Shown here: positions 17,823 through 26,082 of the stretch, in pieces
Layout of the letters: each line of letters opens with the position of its first letter
Numbering within the stretch: position 1 is the stretch's first letter
NCBI RefSeq assembly: GCF_036741115.1
Contig: NZ_DAINST010000002.1
Span: forward strand, 2,463 to 66,462
Source of the DNA: Dietzia sp.
GTDB lineage: Bacteria; Actinomycetota; Actinomycetes; Mycobacteriales; Mycobacteriaceae
Reading direction: 5' to 3'
Length of the DNA stretch: 64,000 nucleotides
Position numbers and translations under genes: made by a program
The notes under the pieces: generated by a model
Seen by the model: only the letters and a program-made list of their open reading frames with translations
The model's database searches: none
Told to the model about the DNA's origin: nothing

Positions 17823-18884
17823 ATGAGCATGTCACGCCGTGGGGGCCCGAGCTGGCGACGCCCCGCGACCCGCAGACAGCTGCTCCTCGGAATGGCGGTG
17901 GGCATGGGCGGCGCCGCGGGACTGTCGCTGGCGCGGCACCAATCCGGCGGCGAAGGCCTCTCAGGCGCCGTCGCGGAGGAGGTCCGCGGCGTCGACAGGC
18001 CGAGCACCTTCCGCTATCAGCGGCCCGACGGGCCCGTCTCCGTGATCCCGCCGCGACGGGAGTTCTACATCGACGCCGAAGCCGGGGCGCAGCAGACCTT
18101 CGGGGACCTCTACCTCCCTGCCACGGCTAATCCGTCGTTGCCCGTCGTCATCCTCATCCACGGGGGCGGCTGGTCGAAGGAGCTGGGGCTCGAATACATG
18201 GGCAAGCTCGCCGAGGACCTTGCCTCGTTCGACGTGGCGGTGTGGAACATCGAGTACCGCCGCATCGGCTCCGGCGGCGGCTGGCCCACCACGGTCCAGG
18301 ACGTGTGCTCGGCCGTCGACTACCTGCAGGACATCGACAAGCAGATGGGCGGGCGCCTCGACCTCGAACGCGTGGCGGTGTGTGGGCACTCCTCCGGCGG
18401 GCACCTCGCGCTGTGGGTCGCGGGACGCGAACGTCTGCCCGCGAACCTGCCCGGCGGCAAGCCGAAGCAGGTCGTCAGCCACTGTGTCTCGCTCGCCGGG
18501 GTCGCCGACCTGGTCAGCGCCGAGGAGTCGGGCGACCGCTACCTCAAGGACCTGCTCGGCACCACACTCTCCGACAACCGGGATCTGTTCGTGCAGGCCA
18601 GCCCCATCGCGCATCTGCCCACCGGATGCCAGGTGGTCACCATCCACGGCGAGAACGACGACGTCGTGCTGCCCTCGCAATCGCGCGCCTACGTCGACGC
18701 CGCGCGGGCGGCCGGCGACGATGCTCGGCTCGAGATCGTCCCGGGCGGCAACCACGATCCGTGGACGGATATCCGGCAGTCACCGTGGAAGCGGGCGCGC
18801 ACGATCCTCTTGTCGCAGCTGCGCGTGCCGGGGTCCTCTCTCACTGTGACCACCCCGACCACCACGGCCCCGGCGAACCCCTGA
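17823..18884 (+). CDS. Tat-exported alpha/beta hydrolase (esterase/lipase type)
   Basis: ATG at 17823 after GGGGGAG. Twin-arginine leader SRRGGPSWRRPATRRQLLLGMAVGMGGAAGLSLA, oxyanion HGGGW, nucleophile elbow GHSSGGH. Confidence 0.8.
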   Translation: MSMSRRGGPSWRRPATRRQLLLGMAVGMGGAAGLSLARHQSGGEGLSGAVAEEVRGVDRPSTFRYQRPDGPVSVIPPRREFYIDAEAGAQQTFGDLYLPATANPSLPVVILIHGGGWSKELGLEYMGKLAEDLASFDVAVWNIEYRRIGSGGGWPTTVQDVCSAVDYLQDIDKQMGGRLDLERVAVCGHSSGGHLALWVAGRERLPANLPGGKPKQVVSHCVSLAGVADLVSAEESGDRYLKDLLGTTLSDNRDLFVQASPIAHLPTGCQVVTIHGENDDVVLPSQSRAYVDAARAAGDDARLEIVPGGNHDPWTDIRQSPWKRARTILLSQLRVPGSSLTVTTPTTTAPANP

Positions 18885-18892
18885 TCCGCCGG

Positions 18893-20245
18893 CTACGTCG
18901 TGTAGTCGGCGTTGATCGCGATGTACTCGCGCGTGAGGTCGCAGCCGTACACCGTCGCCGCGCCGGCCCCGGGCCCGTCGGCGACGCCGAGCTCCACCCC
19001 GATCTCGACTGTATCCGCGGCCATGATCCGCGTGAGCTCCGCGAGCTCCGCCTCACCCGCGAAACGCGGATAGGTCTCGAGGTCGCCGAATACGATCCGC
19101 ACCTTCTCGGGGTCGATGTCCTGGTCGGGCCCACCCGCGCGGCCCAGCTTGCCGATCGCCATGGCGACGCGGCCCCAGTTGGGATCGGCGCCGTGCACTG
19201 CGGTCTTGACCAGCGGCGAATTGAGCACCGCCTTCGCCACGCGCTTCGCCTGCTCGTCGTCGCGCGCCCCCGTGACCGAGACCGTGAGCAGCTTGCTCGC
19301 GCCCTCACCGTCGCGCGCGAGCTGCTTCGTGAGGTCGAGGCACACCGCACCGAGGGCCTCCTCGAACGCCTCGCGTTCGACCTCCCCCGCCTCCCCGGAA
19401 GCCAGGATGACGGCGGTGTCCGAGGTCGATGTGTCCGTATCGACGCTCAGGGCATTGAACGTGCGGTCGACGACGGAGCGGAACCCCGAGTCGAGCGTCT
19501 CCGCGGGCACCTGGGCATCGGTGCAGATCACGGCGATCATCGTCGCCATGTTCGGCTCGACCATTCCCACGCCCTTGGCGATCCCCACGATGCGGGCATC
19601 ACTCCCCGGGACCTGCGCCTCCGCGGTCTTGGGATGGGTGTCGGTGGTCATCATCGCCTCGGCGATCGCCCAGGCATCCGCCCCGTCGGCGCCGTCGGCG
19701 CCGTCACCCATACCGGCAAAGGCCGCGCGCAGCAGGTCCATGGGGTAGCGGCGGCCGATCACGCCGGTCGACGCGACGAGCACCTGCTCCGGCTCGACAC
19801 CGGCGACCCGCGCGGCGAGCTCGCGGAGCTCGCGGGCGTTCTCGAGACCGACCTCGCCCGTCGCGACGTTCGCGTTCTTCGCGACCGTGACCATCGCGCG
19901 CGCATCGCCGCGGCCCGCGATCTCCCGGCTGATCACCACCGACGCTCCCGCGAAGAGGCTCTGGGTGAACACGGCGGCCGAAGACGCGTGCCCGGCACCG
20001 GGCGAGATGGCGAGCACCGAGACGTCGGAGCCCTGCTCGCGCAGGCCCGCCGCCGTCACAAAGGAGCGGAATCCCCGCGGGAGCTCGAGTCGCCCACGCT
20101 CCGGCGACCGCGCCTCCCGGGCGGTCTGGCCGCCATCCGACGAGTCACGGTCCGACGTGCCCGGTTCCGCCGGAGCCCGATCCCGATCGGCAGGGATACC
20201 TTCGACACCGTCGCCGCTTTCCGCATGTGAGGACATGGGTGCCAT
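18893..20245 (-). CDS. argJ: ArgJ-family bifunctional glutamate N-acetyltransferase / amino-acid acetyltransferase homologue (not in an arg cluster)
   Basis: TTDTHPK...GIAKGVGMVEPNMATMIAVICTDA contains the autoprocessing ATM site. C-terminus DLTREYIAINADYTT. An acidic extension of about 50 aa precedes the conserved LPRGFR start. Confidence 0.8.
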   Translation of the reverse strand: MAPMSSHAESGDGVEGIPADRDRAPAEPGTSDRDSSDGGQTAREARSPERGRLELPRGFRSFVTAAGLREQGSDVSVLAISPGAGHASSAAVFTQSLFAGASVVISREIAGRGDARAMVTVAKNANVATGEVGLENARELRELAARVAGVEPEQVLVASTGVIGRRYPMDLLRAAFAGMGDGADGADGADAWAIAEAMMTTDTHPKTAEAQVPGSDARIVGIAKGVGMVEPNMATMIAVICTDAQVPAETLDSGFRSVVDRTFNALSVDTDTSTSDTAVILASGEAGEVEREAFEEALGAVCLDLTKQLARDGEGASKLLTVSVTGARDDEQAKRVAKAVLNSPLVKTAVHGADPNWGRVAMAIGKLGRAGGPDQDIDPEKVRIVFGDLETYPRFAGEAELAELTRIMAADTVEIGVELGVADGPGAGAATVYGCDLTREYIAINADYTT

Positions 20246-20352
20246 TGTGGCCCAGCCACGCGCACTCGCGCGATTCCCTCGCGGCGTTCCCTCGCCAGAT
20301 CCCGCACCTCGCGGCCATTCTCCGGCCGCCCGAGTTCTGGCAGGGTGGAGGC

Positions 20353-20805
20353 ATGGTCCACGTAGAGCTCGATCGGGTTGTCGAAGGCACGGGAGTCGCG
20401 GGGGCCTGGGAACGGCTCATCGACGTTTCCAGGTGGCCCGATTACTTTCCCGGCGTCGAGGAGGTCGCGCCCGTCGACGGAGGCGAGTTCGCCCCCGGCT
20501 TTTCTTGGCTCGAGAAGCGCTCGGCTGCGGGCTTTTCCGGGGAGCGGCGCTGGCAACTCGTCTCCGTTTCCCCCTACGCGGAGTTCACCGCCGAATCCCT
20601 CGATTCCGGGGAGCGCACCCGGATCACATGGGCCGTTGCTCCGCGGGGAGAGGACGGCGCGCTCCTCTCGACCCGCTACGAGCGGGAACTCGAGCACGCT
20701 CCGATGATCGTCGCGGTGGCGCAGCGCCTCACGGACCCGCTGCACGCGCGGGCTGTGGCGAAGGCTCTCCGGCGCGACCTGGAGGCTTTCGCCGCCCAGG
20801 CGTAA
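20353..20805 (+). CDS. SRPBCC (polyketide cyclase/START-like) family protein
   Basis: ATG at 20353 after GGTGGAGG. 150 aa with WERLIDVSRWPDYFPGVEEV, typical of SRPBCC proteins. Confidence 0.65.
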   Translation: MVHVELDRVVEGTGVAGAWERLIDVSRWPDYFPGVEEVAPVDGGEFAPGFSWLEKRSAAGFSGERRWQLVSVSPYAEFTAESLDSGERTRITWAVAPRGEDGALLSTRYERELEHAPMIVAVAQRLTDPLHARAVAKALRRDLEAFAAQA

Positions 20806-20868
20806 CGGGCGGGAGAATATCCGTGGCCACGGGTTTCGGACCGCGGCGCAAAGGTTAAGCTAATCCCC

Positions 20869-22047
20869 ATGAACTTCCGGACCAGGCTCCGCGCCGCGCC
20901 CCTGTGCGTCGTCCTGGCTGTGGCCTCCGGATGCTCGAGCCTCACCGCGCCGACGTCCGAGCCGACGGTTGCGCAGCCGACCGTCTCGGCGGCCTCGTCC
21001 ACCACCGAGCCCCCGACCACCTCGAACTCGAACTGCGCCGTGACCACCGAACTGGACTCGATGGAAGTGCGGACGAAGATCGCGCAGCTGCTCACCGTGG
21101 GCGTCTCGAGCCCCGAGGACGCGGCGTGGGCGGTCAACGATTTTCATGTGGGCGGCATATTTATCGGTTCAGAAGTCGCCGAGTCCGTTCTCTCGGCCGG
21201 GATATTGCCGCAGCTCCGCCGTCAGGCCCCCTTCCCCACGACCGTGACCATCGACGAGGAGGGCGGCCGGGTCACCCGCATGGACCAGGTCTCCGGCCCA
21301 CTGCCTTCGGCGCGGCAGATGGCGAGCATGCCCATCGACGACGTGCGCAACCTCGCCCGCGCGCGCGGCGAGGAGATGAACCGCCTGGGGATCACCGTCG
21401 ATTTCGCGCCCACGGTCGACGTCACGGATCGCCCCGACGACGACGTGATCGGTGACCGCTCGTTCTCCCCCGACCCGCAGGTGGTCACGGACTACGCGCG
21501 GGCCTTCGCCGAAGGGCTCCTCCAAGCCGGGATCACGCCGGTGTTCAAGCACTTCCCCGGGCACGGTCGGGGCTCCGGAGACTCGCATACGGGTTCGGTC
21601 ACGGTCCCGCCGCTCCCCGACCTCGCCGGCTACGAGCTCCGCCCGTTCGCGCAGCTCGCCGGGATGCCGGGCACGGCGGTGATGATGGGCCACCTCGAGA
21701 TCCCAGGGGTCACCGCGCCGGGCGAGCCGGCCTCGCTGTCGCCGGCGGCCTACCAGCTGCTGCGCTCCGGCGCCGAATACGGCGGGCAACCCTACGACGG
21801 GGTGATCTACACCGACGACCTCTCGGGCATGCGTGCGATCACGGATAACCACTCGATCCCCGATGCGGTGCTCCTCTCGCTCATCGCCGGGGCCGACGCC
21901 CCGCTGTGGATCAGCACCAACGATCTCGATGCGACGATCAGCACGATCGAGGCGGCGGTCGCGGACGGGCGCTATCCCGTCGAGCGACTCGACGAATCCG
22001 TGCGGAGGATCACCGAGCTCCGCGCTTCGAACTCCTGCGGCGAGTAG
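20869..22047 (+). CDS. lpqI: glycoside hydrolase family 3 lipoprotein, beta-N-acetylhexosaminidase (NagZ/LpqI-like)
   Basis: Lipobox LAVASGCSS. GH3 motifs DEEGGRVTRM and KHFPGHGRGSGDSHTG. LpqI sits near aftD in mycobacteria. Confidence 0.8.
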   Translation: MNFRTRLRAAPLCVVLAVASGCSSLTAPTSEPTVAQPTVSAASSTTEPPTTSNSNCAVTTELDSMEVRTKIAQLLTVGVSSPEDAAWAVNDFHVGGIFIGSEVAESVLSAGILPQLRRQAPFPTTVTIDEEGGRVTRMDQVSGPLPSARQMASMPIDDVRNLARARGEEMNRLGITVDFAPTVDVTDRPDDDVIGDRSFSPDPQVVTDYARAFAEGLLQAGITPVFKHFPGHGRGSGDSHTGSVTVPPLPDLAGYELRPFAQLAGMPGTAVMMGHLEIPGVTAPGEPASLSPAAYQLLRSGAEYGGQPYDGVIYTDDLSGMRAITDNHSIPDAVLLSLIAGADAPLWISTNDLDATISTIEAAVADGRYPVERLDESVRRITELRASNSCGE

Positions 22048-22100
22048 CGCCGACTAGCTCCGGGTAGCAGGTCCGTGGGGCCGCGCGCATAATCTACCGG

Positions 22101-22967
22101 GTGTCCACCATCGTGTTCTTCCACGCCCACCCCGACGACGAGTCCTCGCAGACTGCGGGAATGATGCATCGCGCCGCAGCCCTGGGGCACCGCGTCCTAC
22201 TACTCATCGCCACCGACGGACGGCACGGAACCCCGCCGGCCAAAGGCGGCGACATCGTGGCCCACCGGCGCGGGGAGGTCGAGGCCTCTACCCGCGCCCT
22301 CGGCATCGAGCCGCCGCTGTGGCTCGGCTACCACGACTCCGGGATGCTCGGCGACGAGAAGAATTCCGACCCCAGTGCCTTCGCCTCCGCCGATCTCTCC
22401 AACGCCGCGCAGCAGGTCGCGGAGATCCTCGCCGCCGAGTCCGCCGACGCCGTGGTCATCTACGATCACCACGGCGGCTACGGCCACCCCGATCACGTCA
22501 AGGTCCACGAGGTGGGCATGGCTGCCGTGGAGCTCGTGAGCCGCACCGACGGGCAGCCCGTCGAGGTGTTCATCATGTCCAATGACAACTCGGCGTTCGC
22601 CTCCGCATTCGCAGATCCCCAGCTCGTCGCCGTGCTCGAGCGGGAGGCGCCCGAGATGGCAAAAGCCTTCGCGGAGATCGATCCCGAGGAGCTCGGAAAG
22701 GGCTCGGACGGAGAGCTCATGGGCCTCCCCGCGTCCGACCTCGTCTGGCGGATCACGCTGTCGGAAGAGGAGCTCGCCGCGAAGCGCTCGGCCATGCAGT
22801 GCCACGCCTCGCAGACGAGTGACGTCGGGTTCATGCTCGCCCTGCCGCACGAGATCTACGCCCGCCAGTTCGGCGTCGAGCACCTCACGACGCCGGAATA
22901 CATCGGGGCCCGCGGCACCGTCGGCCCGCCATCGGAGGGCTGGCCATTCGGAGCCAAGGAAGGTTAG
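22101..22967 (+). CDS. PIG-L/LmbE family N-acetylglucosaminyl deacetylase
   Basis: GTG start. VFFHAHPDDESSQTAG motif, plus HGGYGHPDHVKVHE and the metal ligands. Confidence 0.8.
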   Translation: MSTIVFFHAHPDDESSQTAGMMHRAAALGHRVLLLIATDGRHGTPPAKGGDIVAHRRGEVEASTRALGIEPPLWLGYHDSGMLGDEKNSDPSAFASADLSNAAQQVAEILAAESADAVVIYDHHGGYGHPDHVKVHEVGMAAVELVSRTDGQPVEVFIMSNDNSAFASAFADPQLVAVLEREAPEMAKAFAEIDPEELGKGSDGELMGLPASDLVWRITLSEEELAAKRSAMQCHASQTSDVGFMLALPHEIYARQFGVEHLTTPEYIGARGTVGPPSEGWPFGAKEG

Positions 22968-22970
22968 TCC

Positions 22971-23747
22971 CTAGTCCAGCACCCCGAGCTGCACGAGGCG
23001 CACGACGGCCAGCGCCACTAGCGCGACGCCGACCACGATGGTCAGCCATCGCCCGAGCGTCTTCGCCTTGTCGAGGAATGCGTTGATGCGCGCGGTCGCT
23101 GCATCGACCCGCGAGCTGTCCACCCGGCTGAGGATCGCGATGAGCACTGCGCTCGGCGCGATGGCCACGAGCGCAAACACCACGATCTCCACGATCTGCT
23201 GCACGAGATTGGTCTCGGCGAACGAGATGATCACTACGCCACCGGCGAATGGCGCGGACGTCCCCGATTGGATGATCCCGAGCATGATCCCCGTGCCGAA
23301 CAGCCCGATCGACTGCATGATCGATTTCGGGATCGGGCTCTCCTCGGCGATGGTCTCTTCGAGCGCATCGACTGCCGCCGCGTCGTAGCCGGAGTTGCGG
23401 GAGTCCGCGAGTGTCGCCGCCGAGCGTTCGGCCCTCGGTTTCGGCGAGACCTTGAACCCGAGGACGAGCAGCACGATGCCGACCACTCCGGCGACGATTG
23501 CGGCGATGGGGTTGTCCCACAGCCGCCGCACGAGGTCCTGGTTCGAGCCGATGACCCACACCGACAGCGCCGCGAGCAGCAGGATCCCGATAAAGGCGCC
23601 GCCGGTGAACTGCGCGGCGCGCGGCGCGAACATTCCTTTCTTGTCGCGAAGGCTGAGCCACAGCCCGGCGATCACGGCGAACGCGAGGAGGTTGACGGAA
23701 TCGATGGCCGCCAGGCCCATGAGCTGGACGATGTGCCCGAGGATCAC
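22971..23747 (-). CDS. integral membrane protein (possibly GAP/Sap-like family)
   Basis: 258 aa with six hydrophobic segments and a central hydrophilic loop. The family assignment is only a resemblance. Confidence 0.7.
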   Translation of the reverse strand: MILGHIVQLMGLAAIDSVNLLAFAVIAGLWLSLRDKKGMFAPRAAQFTGGAFIGILLLAALSVWVIGSNQDLVRRLWDNPIAAIVAGVVGIVLLVLGFKVSPKPRAERSAATLADSRNSGYDAAAVDALEETIAEESPIPKSIMQSIGLFGTGIMLGIIQSGTSAPFAGGVVIISFAETNLVQQIVEIVVFALVAIAPSAVLIAILSRVDSSRVDAATARINAFLDKAKTLGRWLTIVVGVALVALAVVRLVQLGVLD

Positions 23748-23933
23748 GCGGCGGCACCTCCCTCTCGCTCCGCGGCTCCGCGCCGCAGCACCGACACGTC
23801 TTGACGCGTTTCGTCGACTTTCCAGTCAACCGTACCGGGGAAGCGCACAATGACCCTCAGAGCATCGATCGGTGCATCTGCCGGGCTCCACGGTGAGCGA
23901 AAGGACCGGCACGGCCGAAAGGACCCAGTCGCC

Positions 23934-24503
23934 ATGGTCTCTCCCCACCTCTCCCACCGACCGCGCGCGGCCTTCTTCGTAGCCGCCGTGTTGTCGTCCG
24001 CGGCCCTCTCCCTGGTTACCGCAGGCGAAGCCGCGGCAGCTCCCGGGGAAGCACCGAACCCCCGGGTGACGGCGAACGACGCACCTTCCGAGGGCGTCGA
24101 GGTATACCAGCAGCCGGCGAGGGTCGTCGGGCCGAACGCCGACCCGGGCGGCATCGCCGGGCCCGCGGTCCGCACCATCGCCGTCGCCGCCGACACCGCC
24201 CCGGACGCGGACCCGGCCGGCGCCGTCATCCTCTCGGCCCTTCCCGACGGCGAACCGTGCCCCGCCGCGGGCGCGACGCTCGTCATCACCTGGGTCAACA
24301 TCGATACCGGCGTGCGAGGTACGAGCGACGTCGATGCGTGTGGCGCGGACGGCGCCCTCGCCGAGACCGGGGTGGGGCAGACCGTCTTCTCCACGAGGAT
24401 CGAGGCGCCGGGGCATTCGCCGGTCGGCTCCTCGGGCTCGGTCGGCGACGCGAATCCCTCGCCCTATCTCTCGGGCAATGGCGCGTTCGAGGTATCCGCG
24501 TAG
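23934..24503 (+). CDS. secreted hypothetical protein
   Basis: ATG at 23934. Signal peptide MVSPHLSHRPRAAFFVAAVLSSAALSLVTAGEAAAAP. Strong G/C at third positions. Two Cys in the mature part. Confidence 0.65.
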   Translation: MVSPHLSHRPRAAFFVAAVLSSAALSLVTAGEAAAAPGEAPNPRVTANDAPSEGVEVYQQPARVVGPNADPGGIAGPAVRTIAVAADTAPDADPAGAVILSALPDGEPCPAAGATLVITWVNIDTGVRGTSDVDACGADGALAETGVGQTVFSTRIEAPGHSPVGSSGSVGDANPSPYLSGNGAFEVSA

Positions 24504-24537
24504 ACCGGTTCAGGGCGCGCGGTCGCGCTCCGGGCGC

Positions 24538-26025
24538 CTAGCGGAATTCGAGGTCGGGATCGTCGATCCGCCCTCGGGTGAGCACCCTGCGGTCGTCGAC
24601 GAAGCGGTTGCCCATCGTCCACGAGCCGGAGTCGAGGACCCGCGGCAGACGGTCCTCGTCGCGCTTGATGTACCCGGCGCCGAAATCGAGGAGCGGCCGC
24701 GTGGCGGAGAAATCGCCGTGGAAGCGCGGGGTCACCACCTCTGCGCCGCGGGAATCCATGTGGTCGAGGAGCCGCGCGAAGTGGGCGGCAAGCAGACCGA
24801 TCTTCAGCGTCCACGACGAATTCGTGTATCCGACGGCGAATACGAGATTGGGGACGTCGGAGAGCATCATGCCCTTGAAGGCCGCGTGGCGACCGACATC
24901 TACGGGATCACCGTCCACGGACAGGGCGATGCCGCCGAGCGGCGAGAGGATAAAGCCCGTCGCCGTGACGAAGAGGTCGCACGGGAGCTCCCGGCCGGCA
25001 CGGGTGAGCACGCCGTCCGGCGTCAGACGGTCGAGGTGATCCGTGACGATCTCGGCCTTCCCCTCGGCCAGCGTGCGGTAGAAATCCCCGCCGGGCGAGA
25101 TGCAGAGGCGCTGGTCCCAGGGATCGTAGGGCGGGTTAAAATCGACGTCGTAAGGGTAGCCGTCCGGCAGGTAGCGGCCGGCGAGGGCCTTGAGCACGGC
25201 GCGACCACCGCGCGGGAAGCGGCGGAACGCGGCGTACTGGGCGGCCTGGATCGCGATGTGGATGCGCCGCACTGCGCGGTGCCCGCGATGTGGGCCGAGC
25301 GCGCGGATGAGCGGACGCACGAACGGCGAGCGGCGGAACAGCGGCAGCACGTAGGACGGAGTGCGCTGGAGCATGGTCACCGAGGCGGCTTTCTCGGCGA
25401 GCGCGGGGATGAGCGTGATCGCGGTCGCGCCCGAACCGAGCACGACGATCCTCTTCCCGGAGTAGTCGAGATCGTCCGGCCAGTACTGCGGGTGGATGAT
25501 CTGCCCGCGGAAGTCCTCGCGGCCCGAGAGCTCCGGTTCGTTGGCGCGGTCGTAGCGGTAATAGCCGGAGGCGTTGAAGAACCACCGGGCACGCACGGTG
25601 GTGCGGCGGGGCGCCTCGCTGGGCGAGCCGGGCGCCGAGACCTCGCAGTCGATCTCCCACAGCCGCGCCTCGGAGTCCCAATTCGCCCCAACGACCCGGT
25701 GCCCGAAGCGAATCTTCTCGTCGATCCCGTACTCGCGCGCGGCTTCGCGGATGTAGTCGAGGATCTCGCCGCCGGGCGCGACGGCCTCGTCGCCCTCCCA
25801 GGGCTTGAACTCGTAGGAAAAGGTCTGGACATCCGAGTCCGAGCGCACGCCCGGATAGCGGAACAGGTCCCACGTGCCGCCGATGGCCTCTCGCGCCTCG
25901 AGCACGAGCACGCTCTTGCCCGCTTCGCGCCGCTCGAGCTCGATGGCCGTGCCGACGCCACTGATCCCCGCGCCGATGATCGCGATGTCGACGATTTCGC
26001 CGTTCTCGCCGTTCTCGAGAGACAT
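24538..26025 (-). CDS. FAD-dependent Baeyer-Villiger-type monooxygenase (EthA-like)
   Basis: DIAIIGAGISGVGTA dinucleotide fold, BVMO fingerprint FRGQIIHPQYWP, and a second GxGxxA (VVLGSGATA). Confidence 0.85.
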   Translation of the reverse strand: MSLENGENGEIVDIAIIGAGISGVGTAIELERREAGKSVLVLEAREAIGGTWDLFRYPGVRSDSDVQTFSYEFKPWEGDEAVAPGGEILDYIREAAREYGIDEKIRFGHRVVGANWDSEARLWEIDCEVSAPGSPSEAPRRTTVRARWFFNASGYYRYDRANEPELSGREDFRGQIIHPQYWPDDLDYSGKRIVVLGSGATAITLIPALAEKAASVTMLQRTPSYVLPLFRRSPFVRPLIRALGPHRGHRAVRRIHIAIQAAQYAAFRRFPRGGRAVLKALAGRYLPDGYPYDVDFNPPYDPWDQRLCISPGGDFYRTLAEGKAEIVTDHLDRLTPDGVLTRAGRELPCDLFVTATGFILSPLGGIALSVDGDPVDVGRHAAFKGMMLSDVPNLVFAVGYTNSSWTLKIGLLAAHFARLLDHMDSRGAEVVTPRFHGDFSATRPLLDFGAGYIKRDEDRLPRVLDSGSWTMGNRFVDDRRVLTRGRIDDPDLEFR

Positions 26026-26082
26026 TCCGCCCTCCCGCGGTTGCGTTCTCCGGTTACCGCCCGGTTGCCGTAACGCTACCTG

